A stretch of 64,000 bases of DNA from positions 156,481-220,480 of the forward strand of contig BRZM01000133.1 of NCBI GenBank assembly GCA_033238685.1, given 5' to 3'. Below, piece by piece: positions 52,561 to 64,000 of this stretch (the stretch's first letter is position 1; the number at the start of each line of letters is the position of its first letter). The position numbers were made by a program, and so were the translations under genes. The stretch comes from Lates japonicus. Taxonomy: Eukaryota. Below the pieces are notes generated by a model. It worked only from the letters and a program-made list of their open reading frames with translations, did no database searches and was not told the DNA's origin.

Positions 52561-55500
52561 AAGAGCGTGAGAGAAACACACCCAGGCTGTAAAGGTGACC
52601 AGGAGTAGATGGCTTTCATGTAACGCCCCTCACAACCTCTGTAGTCTCATTTAGACACTCAAGCAGCAACCGGCTTTAAGACACGTAAAAGCTTCAAACA
52701 TCAGGAGTGGGGACGTATTGACCCATTTTATGTCAGAGAATAAAACCTGAAAATGTCTTGAGCTTGTAAAGGAAACCACAGACCTTATTTCCAGACATTT
52801 AACCAGTAGAAACACACTGGACTTTTGATGAGGGACCAGGAAGAGCTAACATGCTAACATGCTAACTGACTTCCTGGTTCTAGGATCAGTCCTGCAGGAC
52901 TCTATTATGTCATATAACAACTTTTGGAGTCACAATGTAAAAAGAGTCATTTGGAAGCACTGAAACTGAACTGAATTTTTAGGGAATAAATTTGGACATG
53001 GGGGGGTTTGTTCTGTTTTGGTCCTCATAAACTCTTGGACCGGCCCCTGAGGTGTTAAACATGACAGAGAAACATACAGATGTGACTCCACCTCTGTGCT
53101 GGACAGAGAACAGCTGGCTCTAACTCCACCTTCCTCCCTCAGACCTGATGATGTGAGCACACTCACATCTCCATATATGGAGAGCTGCATCGACCAACAC
53201 AGTTTGTAATTTTCAAAGAATGAGGAGGGAGAAGAAACATTCAACAGGTCTGAGGATACCTGAGGAATCTGACCTGTCTACACACAGACAAACAGATTCC
53301 TCTGTTTTCATGTTTTAAACCAAACCAGCTGAGTTTGGATTCTGTACAGTGAATAACATCCATGTCAGTTAGAATAAAACCAGTTCAGTGCATCAGTCTG
53401 AACTGCACCTTTATCCCCTTTTGCCTTATATAGGCTGCAGTGTGGGTGGAGGTGGAGTCGCTGTAGTTGGTAACTCTAGAACAAGGATCAGTACAACATG
53501 CTAAGCACATAAATGTCAAAGAGCCAGATCTGGCTCTGACTGTGACAACAGAGATGCATGGTGCGGCTGCAGGGCTGTAAATCTGCAAAGAGGAAGCTAC
53601 AATGGTCTGAAAACAACCTGAGAACCACAGGAACATGGAGGGAAACAAACAGGACAAACTGCAGCCTGGAAAAGTCTGAGGTTACAGAGGAAATAAAGTC
53701 CAACAGAAGAAACAGAAACTTACATGGAAAACCTTTAGATGGTTTCATCCTCCTGTTTTTTATGCACCTTCTTGATCTGAATGTGTTTCCACAAACACTG
53801 ACATGAGAAAAACATCAGATCTGTGTGGAGAGATGAGGAGACTGAACCTTCCTCACATTAACACATGAAACTGAGTTTTTAATCAAATCCTCTTTGATGG
53901 TTTAATGACAGACCAGAGAACCGACTCCAACAGCAGTGGACTGTGTTTTACTTCTCAGTTTCTTTCACTGATTTTCTCCTAGTTTGGTTTAAATCTGAAA
54001 GGAAACTTCCTCCTGTTCTGTCAGTTTACATGTTAAATGAAATCAAGTGAAATAAAACATGGAGAAACTCCTGTTCGTATTAACTGTGGGACGGTGACGT
54101 CGCTGCTGTGAAGCTACACGAGTTCAGTTCGACTGTTTGACTCCCACAGTTGTAAAAGACAGAGGCCAAAACAACAAGACTCGCTGTGTCTCACAGACAC
54201 ACAGACCTCCTTTATGTGGCCGAAGAAAACTGTTAAATATCCCATGATGCAGTGCGGCAGCTGTGAGTCGGACAGCTGAGGAGTAAACTGTGTGTGTTGG
54301 ATAAGGTTATCAGTGGAGACGAGGGCGAGGCCCAAGACTGAGAGCTGCTCAGTGACACTCAGCCACAAGATTGATGTCCATGATACTTTTACAGCAGAGA
54401 GAACAGCAGGTTTATATGTGGCTCAGACCAACGTGTCAGACGAGTTTCATGACACACGGCACATTGTGTGGTCCACTCGTCAGCGTCAAGGTGTTTCTGA
54501 AGGATTTCATCTCTGCCACCAGGAGAGATCTGTCCAGTCTGAGATGGAAACTCATCAGGACGACTGGTTCTTTGGTACGAGACGCCTGTGGACGTGGAGA
54601 AGTCAACTACGACTCCCATGGTGCATTTCACCCACAAACATCCAATCACAGAGCTTCAGATTAACAGTGAGCTGAAGCTAAAAGACCTGATAAAACATCC
54701 AGCACCTTAAATCAGTCTGATAATCGCAGGGTTGGTGGTTCACCATCCGGCTCCTCCGTCCACACATCCTCAATACTGAACCCCAAATATCACCTGATAT
54801 TCTACATACAGCTCCAACAACAACAAAAACAGTCAGTAAGCCCTTATAGCCTGGTCCACAACACTCACTGCTGCTGGTTCTGCAGGAACAAAAGGAGTCT
54901 GATGAGTGTATCAGAGTTTTATCCAGTCTTCTCCTCTGTTGTCTGGACTGTCAGACAACAGTCAGAACTAAACTGTGACGTGAAGGTGTTTTCATCAGTG
55001 GAACAAACGGCCTTGTGTCACTTGTGAACAGCATACAACTCGTATTCTGCTGTCACTTGCATGTGCAGCAGCCACTGATGAACACTATGACTTTTATCAT
55101 TGCTGTAGCTACATCAGCCCTGTAAGGCACAGCAAGCGTAGCTATACTGTACAGGGCCTTTGGACGACAGTCAAAGGACAAAAACATAAAAGTGTTTTAT
55201 GTAAATATGACTTATAGTTGGTAGTTCCATTACAGTAACAGATAGGAACATGCTGCGGACCTTATCATTAACGTTACCGTTGGTCATTAAGAGGTGGTAC
55301 AGTATCCACTGATCAGCCACAACATTGAACCACTGAAGTGAATATCATTAATCATTTCGTTACAATCCATTGTTCTGCTGGGAACCTTGTCTCCGTCATT
55401 CATCTGGATGTTACTTTGACTCGTACCACCACCTAAACATTGCTGGAGGAACCCATGGCAACAGGGTCCTCCCCCATCAGCCTGGTTTGGTCTTCAGCAG

Positions 55501-57828
55501 ACACAGTGTCTGGAGTTCTTACTCAGTGGTGTCTGTCCAGACACTCCACCATGAAGACCTGACTGATGGAGGCTGCAGAGGCGGCCGTCCTTCAGGCAGG
55601 TTCTCCTTCTCTGAAGCTCTGTGAGAGACCGTTTGAGTTTGGACAGACGGCCAACCCTTACCCTAAGACGAGTCCTGGTGGTTCCAAACTTCTTCCATTT
55701 CAGTTACTGAGGCCTCTGAGCTCCTGGAAATAGTTGAATACCTTTGCCCTGATCTGCTTTGCCACAGTTTTATCACAGAGGTCTATAGAGAGTTCCTCAG
55801 ACCCTGTGGCTTGGGTTGTTGTCCAGACCTAGTGTGAATCATGGGACTACAGTTTGGAGATACAGCAAAGGTTGGTAATACTTTGGTAAATTTCAGTTTC
55901 CGATTTTTAATAAACCACGTCCTGTGTTTCAGTGTGAAGGAACACTGAGGAACTCATTCAAAGAAAACTCTGAAATGTGACTTTCCAGTGGGTAAAGATA
56001 CTTGTGGAACCAGTTCTGCCTCCTCAGCTCTGCAGCCCAGCATGGTGTTGAGTCTGAATCAGCAGGATGAAATAACACAGAGCAGACTTCCCAGTTATCA
56101 AACATCATATGAACCGGTGTGAAGGCGACACACCCACCTCCACCTCTCCCTGCAGCACCAGAGTCCATTTCAGACATGTGACACCATGAACATAGATGTA
56201 AATATAGGATTCATGTTTGGCACCAAATATAGCCGGTCAGTCCGTCGCATGTTACAGCAGCGGTGAGCACATTCTTCAGGCTTTTTAAAGGCCTCAGCTC
56301 GAGACGGAAAAAGGTCAAAAAGATCCAAGAAACAAGGGTCGACGTGGAGAAAGACCTCTGGAGACTAACCCTGTCCAGAGAGAGGTGTCTGTACCGCTGC
56401 AACAAAAACCTGATTTGCATGTTGGTGTAAAACCACAGCAACATTAGCAGACATTCAAATGGTTCAGGAGGGCGAACACACAGCCTGGTCTGTGGATGGT
56501 CCACGCTCCTCAAAACTCATCAACATTTTCATAAAGGCTCCGGACTGTGTGCACAAGCAAATCATCCAGTCATCGGCAGCCGTGTGAGGAAGAGATGGTG
56601 ACTATGTTTGGGCATCGGCCAAACGTCAACCGACGTGAGTCCAAAACCCTGTGATCAAACAGATAAAGTCCAGGAAGTTAATTCTAAAGCTACATCTCTG
56701 AGGACGCTGGTTCAAACTGTCCGACTCCTGATGAAGACAATTAATGATGTGGGAGGATGTAAATGCAGCAGGAGCTCGACTCTAAGCTGATAACACGGTG
56801 ACCCAGCAGCTCTAATAATCAATCAGACTGGATCAGCAGCCGCCGTCCCAGTTTGTCCCCCAGCAAGTCTGATCTGTGATCAATGACCCACAGCTTTAGA
56901 CAGAAATCTGATGCAGTAACTACAGGAATCATGTGATAATCCACCACGGCTCAGATACACGTCAGTCAATTCATGAAGACTGACACTGACTGATAGGAAA
57001 CATATCATCAATACACAGTTTAACCCTGAGGACGAAAAGATCAACCAGAAAAACAAATGAATCTCCTGCATGATGTTATCCTGAAGACCATGAGATGCAG
57101 CTGAAAGTCAGAGTTGACCTCACCTTAATGGACAGAAAATGTATCTGCAACACTTTATTAAACATCTGCTGCGTCTCTCTGACCTACAGCTCATTCAGGG
57201 ACGTCCCTGAGTATTTTGTCCTCGATTATTAGTCGTATAAATACTGAAAATGAGAGTATTTCAGTATCAGTGCTGCTGCCTGTGTGTAACAGTTTATTTA
57301 TCCTGACGATTCAAACTCAGCTTTCACACGTCTGTAGTATTACTTTAAGATGCAGCACAAAGACCAAGCTGTGCTGAGATGAATCAGTTGATTCATTTTT
57401 TGATCAATCAATTCATGGTTTGATGTGAATCACAGAAACATTTTCATGTGGAGAAAAGCAGCAAAGCCTCATGGGAGAAAATGGAACCAGAGATTGTTTC
57501 ATCAGCTGATTAATAGATTCATTCTTTCAGCTCTAATCATGTATTTATAAAGTTATAGGAGTCATGACGACACCTGGAACATGTTTCAGTATCTACAGTT
57601 TGAGAAAAGATTCATCGATTCATCGATTTGTCCGGTGTACAGAAAAATAATCACTGATCAGTTTGACATTTAGAAAGAAATTAAAAAATAAAAAGTTTGG
57701 TTACAGATGAGGACTCTGCTACTTTTTATTCCTTTAACAAACTGCACTACACAATAAACCCCTGTAGATATTAAAACTTTCCTTCGAGATCAATACATTT
57801 GTATTTGTTTGTGATCGATCGATCTTAC

Positions 57829-58089
57829 CTTCACCTGTGAGACCAGGACGTCCTGGATCTTCTCAGCGGCTCCGATGTCCTCCACAGCCGGAGCTGGAGG
57901 CTCGGGTCGGAGCTGCTCTCCCAGAGCTCTGGACGGAGGGACGTCGTCTCCGTAGCCGACTTTAGGCTTCTTGTTCCCGGCTGAGGAGGAGGAGGCGTCG
58001 GGCTTCTTGCTGAGGAGCGAAGAAGCGAAATAAATGGCAACGACGGTGAAGAGGATGGCGGGGATGATGACGGCCGGGTCCAGGTCCAT
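57829..58089 (-). CDS. mxra7: mxra7 coding exon 1. It carries a real ATG and encodes MDLDPAVIIPAILFTVVAIYFASSLLSKKPDASSSSAGNKKPKVGYGDDVPPSRALGEQLRPEPPAPAVEDIGAAEKIQDVLVSQVK.
   Basis: ATG at 58087-58089 is followed by an N-terminal transmembrane helix, consistent with the single-pass topology of MXRA7. The donor is AAG|GTAAGA. An alternative donor 6 nt upstream (CAG|GTGAAG) would drop 'VK'. The three exons encode 173 aa. Confidence 0.72.
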
Positions 58090-58548
58090 GGTGGAGGTTT
58101 ACTGAGTGAAAAGGTGAAACGCTCACAGTGTGTTTTCACACGTGTGTGTTGCTCGGGCTGCAGTCACACACACACTGAGCCGCATCCCGCCTCTACACAC
58201 TAACCTCAACAGCTGAGCGGACACCAGCTGACAAGACGCACACAGTGAGGGGGGGCACTACATCCGCTTTGGTTTCAAATTAAAAGCCGCTGCAGGAAAT
58301 ACATGTGCTGCCAGCTGGTTTTCAGAATAAAATACCGGTAGTTTGCGTTGACCAAAATATGCTCAAAATGGAGACAAATCAAATCTTCTGTCAGGTTAAA
58401 AGACAAAAAAGCAAAAGAAAACACTGCGACAAATATTTCCTCACAATAATTATGTATTAGTGAAATGACACAACCCTCCTTTATGAGTTCACTTAGGAGG
58501 ACTTATTTTCCATGTTTTCAGTGTAAATGATGAACATGAAAACATCAG

Positions 58549-58940
58549 AGTCCGTCCACTAAAGTTCTTGTTTTTACCACTGACAGACTCAGATTGTTAT
58601 TCTAAGTGTCTGACCACATGATGATAGGATTATTAAAGAGTCAGGTCCTTTTAGTTTAACCAGAAACAGCTCTATATATCACTGCCAGACTCCACTGACA
58701 AAAACAGGGATTTTACTGGGAGCTGCTGGAATACCACTGCCTCCATCTGTTAGTGTGTCTGTGTTACTGTGTAGTTCTATTACTTCAGTAAAGTATCTGA
58801 TTACTTCTTCCACCACTGAAAGTCACACAGTAACACAGACACACTAACAGATGGAGGCAGTGGTATTCCAGCAGCTCCTGGTTAAATCCCTGTTTTTGTC
58901 AATGGAGTCTGGTAGTGATATATAGAGATGTTTCTAGATC
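58549..58940. mobile_element. Family A most complete copy (5' extension, left arm, loop, right arm, inverted terminal 'ctctatatatcac…agaaacatctc') in the mxra7–jmjd6 intergenic region.
   Basis: The terminal inverted repeats extend to 'cagaaacagctctatatatcactgccagactcc' on the left and 'ggagtctggtagtgatatatagagatgtttctag' on the right. Confidence 0.85.
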
Positions 58941-61346
58941 TTATTATCTTTATATGCAGATTATAAATGACAAGTTTTAGTTAATATTGTGCATTACTGA
59001 AGTAAATTATTCTAATATTACTGTTCAATGTCACTGAGACTGACTGACTCATTCAGACAAAATAATGATTAATCAGTAAAGTGCAAAGCTGAACAAACCT
59101 ATACCTCTGTCTCACTCTTATAGTAGAAAAAACAGCAAGATCCAAACATTAAATCCTCAGAAACGGATGAAAATGTTGAGGAAAAAGATCCTGATTCAGA
59201 CCAAACTGTAGTGAGTTCCTCTCTGGGTCAGTATTTATTGTGTAATTCTGCTGACAGACGTTAGTTTCAGCTCTATGAACAGACCAGTTTGTGACCAATC
59301 ACCACTCAATGTAAGTAAAAATGAAATGAACTGGTTTACATTGACAAAGATTTAAATGTAAAGCGTCAGAAATGAGGAGCTGAACACGTTTTGAGTCATA
59401 GAAAAGATTTTATTCACCAACAAAATGAAATTCATCACATCCTGGTCTCTCTGAGCGCCGAGGCTCCTCATCCTCACTTCATTATCATCTAACCTGCGCA
59501 GGAGATTCAGCATCGACACGTACGTTCAGCGAACCTCGGCCCGGACAACGGGGGAGGAGAAAACCTTCGAGCGAAGACAGAGACCTTCAGCGAAAAGGCA
59601 GACGGAAGGCACCGTGTGACCGACCTCAGACCGACGTAGTGCCTTTGATTTAGTTTGAAACGACAGATAAAAACACCAAACAGCAGAAACACAACCTCCC
59701 CCACAGTCAGTCACACCAACACACCTCGCAGGCCAACAACAAACTGTATAGGCACTTTAAGTCTAAAGCCACAGATTAACGCCAACTGCACAGAAACAGC
59801 GATTCATGAACTTCACTACTGATTCTTAAAGGATTCAGTCTCAGAGAAGCTGCTCTGACTCTGCGACTCAACAATTTAAAATCTTTTTTGAAGCTGAAAC
59901 ACCAACAGATCTTCTGCTTCTCTACTGTGAGATCTTCTGCTCTTCCTCATCAACTCACTGCCACTTTAATCTGGTTCTGCTCTGGACTCAAACCAGACAT
60001 CTGACAACGTCTGACATTTAAACCTGTTCATCAGCGTTAATCTCCACTGGACTCCATGTTGAACAGGCAGTTAATCACTGACAGCAGCGTGAGAGAAGCT
60101 GGATGAAGAAGTAGAATCACAGACCTGTCCTCTACTCTGACATCAACTGAGAGCTCAGCTGAACCTGAACAGACCTGATGAACAGACTCAGATCACCTCC
60201 TCTATCCACACAGTGAACACAGCGCCCTCTGCTGTCCTTTATTCCAACTGCCAGGAAAACCAACGTGACTCAGCATCTCATCTGCAGCATATGGCACGAA
60301 GCAGGCAGAGCTTCACACTCTGCAGGGACACACACTCTGCTAAATGCTCCTCCATATCTGTGTGTGTGTGTGTGTGTGTGTTTAATGTCATTAAGGCTGG
60401 CTAACTAAAGTGACGCCGTCAATTTCAACAAGAATCAACAAGAGCCACACAACTTGTGAGTTTTTAAGGACACACAGCACAGTCTGAAGTTAAACCAGGA
60501 CCTCCAGTTCCACAGCTGTGTGTGCAGATGAAGACGGAGCTCATCACCAGTAATGATCCTGATAAATGAGACCATCAGCCTCCAGACACACTGACATTTC
60601 TCTCCCGTTACCTGGCTCTGATTTTCCATGTTCCTGGGTGTAAATGACGTTAAAGTGCTCGTTTCTGCCGCTGACAGAAGTGTTCATATATTCAGTAATA
60701 ATTCCTGTTGATACCATTAATTAACGTGATGTGAGCTGGACACATATAAGCAGAATAAAAAATGGATAATTAGCGTGAGTAATTAAACTAGATTTAAGAG
60801 TTTCTAAAAATCTTGTAAGGTTTTTTCCAGAGAAATATTCAGTGGAAGTGGTGCAGATGGATTTCCACAGCCTGCTGTGATCTTACTGCTCATTAACACC
60901 AGTTTGCTGCTGTGAAACTAGAGGCCCAGGTTTGAGATATTTGTCTGCTGATGCTGTTAAACTACAGAAGCCTGAACTGAAAATTTAGCTTCTAGAAAAT
61001 ATTCCGATCCCTCCATTTCAGCTCAAGCTCAGAGTCTGAAAGCTCCAACGAGTCCCCAGTGTCACCCCCTCCCCCTAAACCTCACCCGTCTGTTACTACA
61101 CCTCCTCTTCCCTCCACGTCCTCACACTACAGAAGCTACAGAGACAAACAGATATCGATTGGTGTTGAAAAGCACAGTGGTGGCAGGTCTCCAGCAGGCC
61201 CACGCCCCAGTCCACCCTCCGCCTTTATCTACACCTCTCCTCTCAGCGGCAGCCATCTTGTCTCTGACGGCAGCCGTCACTCTTTTACCTAGACTAGACG
61301 AGAAGCAGCTGGAGTTGTGGGTCTGTTTGTGGGTACAGGAGTGACG

Positions 61347-61374
61347 GCGGGGGGGGGGGGGGCGGGGGGGGGGG
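61347..61374 (-). repeat. Homopolymer G14-C-G11 on the plus strand, which is poly(C) in jmjd6 mRNA sense. It starts 2 nt after the jmjd6 stop codon.
   Basis: 'ggcgggggggggggggggcgggggggggggg' immediately precedes 'tca' (the TGA stop on the minus strand). Confidence 0.85.
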
Positions 61375-61506
61375 TCACCGTGACGAGCTCCTCTCCTTGC
61401 TGACGCAGTCGTCCTGGCTGCTGGTGTCTCCATTGGCGGTCATCCCGCAGGTGCGTCTCTTCTTCCTGCGGTGGGACATGGCGTCGCCCTCAGAGCCGGA
61501 CTCTGC
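61375..61506 (-). CDS. jmjd6: jmjd6 last coding exon. It encodes [43 protein letters not shown] followed by a stop.
   Basis: Acceptor ccctgcag|GCAGAG. The translation matches the human JMJD6 C-terminus '[43 protein letters not shown]'. TGA stop at 61375-61377. Confidence 0.9.
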   Translation of the reverse strand, partial: AESGSEGDAMSHRRKKRRTCGMTANGDTSSQDDCVSKERSSSR

Positions 61507-62064
61507 CTGCAGGGACACGGTGTTCAGACGCCGTTACAACACGTGAACAGGTGTCAGGTTACAGAGACGCAGGGATCGCTCACATGTTAGCACCTGTCTG
61601 CAGCTCTAACCTCAGACTGTCCCTGTCCACACCACTGATCCTGAGCCTAACAGTGTTCAGACTCTATCACATCAGGACACTGTGTCCTGTGTCTGTCCAC
61701 CGTCCTCCTGCTGCCTGAGCCTGACCTCACACTGAAGGAGGAATAACCTGTCTGCTGATGTGCAGCAGGTGTGGCTGTGTGCTGAGAACGACGAGGCCAG
61801 TTCCTGTTTATTCATTACACTGAATAACTAACTGTGGGTTAAAGAACGTTTGTTAGTCTCGTCTCAGTGACGTCCACACGTGAATCATTTCACTGCTTTC
61901 TCAAAGCTCAGCTCCCACAAGTCCACTATCAAATCCAAGTCCTCCTGAATCCCTTACTGAACTGTGGTTTGATCAGGGTCTTAGGTTTAACTACCTCCTC
62001 CTCTGAAAACATCTGACTGCAGACAGACTGAATGAAGTGTGTGTGAGTGTGTTTTAACACGTAC

Positions 62065-62203
62065 GTCAGAGTCGGAGTCAGACGAGCTGGAGGATGACGA
62101 TGATGAAGAGTCACTGGAGCTGTCTGATGCGATGCCCGTCGACTCCTGCAGGTCCACTTTGTCTGCGAGCGCTGCCAGGTCAGGCCTCTCCTGTTTCAGG
62201 ATG
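62065..62203 (-). CDS. jmjd6: jmjd6 exon 5 (poly-Ser region). It encodes (R)[46 protein letters not shown].
   Basis: Acceptor gtggcag|C and donor GAC|GTACGT. The translation matches human '[47 protein letters not shown]'. Confidence 0.9.
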
Positions 62204-62279
62204 CTGCCACAACAAACACAGTCACAACACACACACACACACACCCATCACCCCCCTGATTTATTCAGACCAGTCCTTA

Positions 62280-62531
<252 letters not shown>

Positions 62532-62985
62532 TCAGCCAGCTTCACCCTCCATCAGCTGCAGGGTGAAGCTGACTGCATCTCTGAGTCTTCAGTGTCGACT
62601 CAGAGAGGAAGTGATCCTGTCTGAATATAAACTTCCTTTAATGATTCAAACCATATTCAAACAGTGTAAAGACGAGGCTGCTGACTTCCTGACCGACACA
62701 ACGTGCCCTACACTCACTCCCTGTCTGTGGTCTAATCTGCACAGTCAGACAGGTGAAGTCTAAATCCTGGACCGACGGCCAACAGGCAGCTGAGGGTTTA
62801 ATCCATCAGCATCACCCTCAGAGAGTCCAGGACACGTGTGTTCCTCACAGTCTGAACTGTCAGAGGAGCTCACACAGGGAAGGGAACCAGTCTGCTTTCT
62901 GATTGGCTGGTTTGGAAAAGAGAACAAACACAGGACAGACTCAGGTCAGGACCCAAGATTCTGAAGAGGATGTTTCTCCACTGAC

Positions 62986-63272
62986 CAGGCACAAAAACAG
63001 TCTCCCCGGGTTTCTGGAGGATCTCCAGCGGTGCGAACTCTGGAGGCCAGTTGGGCTGCTGCGTGCGGGGATAGACCACATTGAACCAGGTGATAGCCTC
63101 GTCCTGCTGGTTGCCTCCGTCCTCTCTGGTCACCTTGATCAACTCTCGGGGGGTGTTGGTGGGGAACAGGCACCACCTCTTGTGACCCTGAACCAGGGCG
63201 TTCCAGGCGCTGGTGCCCAGCGGGTCGATGTGGATGCCAGTGCCGGAGCGAGCCGGGCCCATCACGAACCAC
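62986..63272 (-). CDS. jmjd6: jmjd6 exon 3 (JmjC core). It encodes (R)[95 protein letters not shown](G).
   Basis: Acceptor ctgcag|GTGGTTC and donor CCTG|GTCAGT. The translation is over 90% identical to human JMJD6 '[96 protein letters not shown]', including the Fe(II)-binding HxD motif. Confidence 0.95.
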
Positions 63273-63358
63273 CTGCAGCAGAGACCAGATGAGAGGGTGA
63301 AGCAGGTGACACTGAACTCAACCATTCTACAGACAGTGATAAAATAAGAAGGTCAAAC

Positions 63359-63747
63359 CTGTACGGAGGTCTGCGTTTCTCTCCTGCAAACTGGAACAGG
63401 TCGTCTGTGAAGAAGACCGGGACCTGGTAGTCCTCCAGCAGCTTCCGGCGTTTGGCGTGTTCACCGTAGCTGCTGTCGAAGATGTAGAGCGGGCTGTCGT
63501 CCCTGGTGCTCTCCAGGTACTCCACGTAGTACTTCATCTTCATCTTCACAGAGTATCCATCGTTGTCCTCCCCGCACTTGAACTTCTGGTTGCGGTATTT
63601 GCGTTTGAGGCGCTCCAGAGTCCATTTCTCTCGGGCAGGCCAGTTCTCCTGGCAGTTCAGGAGGACGACGGGTTTGTAGGGGCGCTCGAAGCGCTGGATG
63701 AACTCTTCAGGGCTGATGTGGAGGGCGTCCACACGCTCTACGTTGTC
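63359..63747 (-). CDS. jmjd6: jmjd6 exon 2. It encodes [129 protein letters not shown](R).
   Basis: Acceptor tgttacag|GACAAC and donor TACAG|GTTTGA, with a 74 bp intron to exon 3. The translation is highly similar to human JMJD6 residues '[130 protein letters not shown]'. The first coding exon (Met to about residue 45) is beyond position 64000. Confidence 0.93.
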
Positions 63748-64000
63748 CTGTAACACAGCATTTATCAGTGTATTGTACTGTGCTTTCTCCTCTGTCCATG
63801 AGGAGAAGAAAAGATTTTAAAACTGTCGAACATTTAAAGCTTCCCTCTTTGTTAGGAACAGAGCTGTAACTCCAGCACAGACAGAGCTTTTTAAACAACC
63901 TCCTGCGTTTTTCAAAAACTGCAGCTCTTTCTAAAATCATTAAACATAAAGAAACTGAGGCTGGGTACAAACACACTCCTGTTTTAAAGAAAGCAGGTCA

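Noticed and set aside
61340-61374. The poly-G/C tract as a G-quadruplex regulatory element.
   Set aside because: Pure G homopolymers interrupted by a single C do form G4 structures in vitro, but homopolymer artefacts are the simpler explanation. It is reported as a finding to be verified, not as a called element.
63707-63976. The minus-strand 89-aa ORF upstream of jmjd6 exon 2, as a candidate jmjd6 first exon.
   Set aside because: Its translation does not match the JMJD6 N-terminus (MNHKSKKRIREAKR…). The real first coding exon must lie beyond position 64000.

Overview
This window is vertebrate, most likely teleost fish, nuclear DNA. It is not a prokaryotic locus: the supplied ORF track calls GTG and TTG as 'M' starts and mostly reports short spurious ORFs. 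Splice-aware reading places four protein-coding genes on the minus strand, in the order seen on human 17q25.1. First, the 5' end of caskin2: coding exon 1 (27843-27936), then a >20 kb intron 1, then exon 2 (7093-7144); the remaining exons lie beyond the window start. Second, a complete ST6GalNAc-I/II-family sialyltransferase gene, called st6galnac2-like, with 9 coding exons spanning 32934-37866. Third, a complete mxra7 gene with 3 coding exons spanning 39087-58089 and introns of about 6 kb and 12.4 kb. Fourth, jmjd6 coding exons 2-6 (61375-63747); the first coding exon is beyond the window end. Exon boundaries were set by canonical GT/AG sites and reading-frame continuity against remembered human orthologue sequences. 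The rest of the window is intronic or intergenic DNA dense in dispersed repeats. The dominant family is a foldback, MITE-like palindromic element with arms of roughly 110 bp, present as at least 5 near-complete and 5 partial copies. There are at least three other dispersed repeat families, many (CA)n/(GT)n/(CT)n microsatellites, a ~730 bp minisatellite that creates a spurious 262-aa ORF, and a ~300 bp polypyrimidine tract. Points worth a second look: a foldback copy 25 bp from the caskin2 exon-1 donor, with a second copy in the same orientation upstream so that the pair brackets the promoter and exon 1; a CpG island with strong divergent splice donors between caskin2 and st6galnac2; a CpG island inside caskin2 intron 1; a 26-nt poly(C) tract (mRNA sense) starting 2 nt after the jmjd6 stop codon; a weak GTACAC donor in st6galnac2; and two cysteine-rich open frames of unknown status. 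No tRNA, rRNA or CRISPR features were seen.
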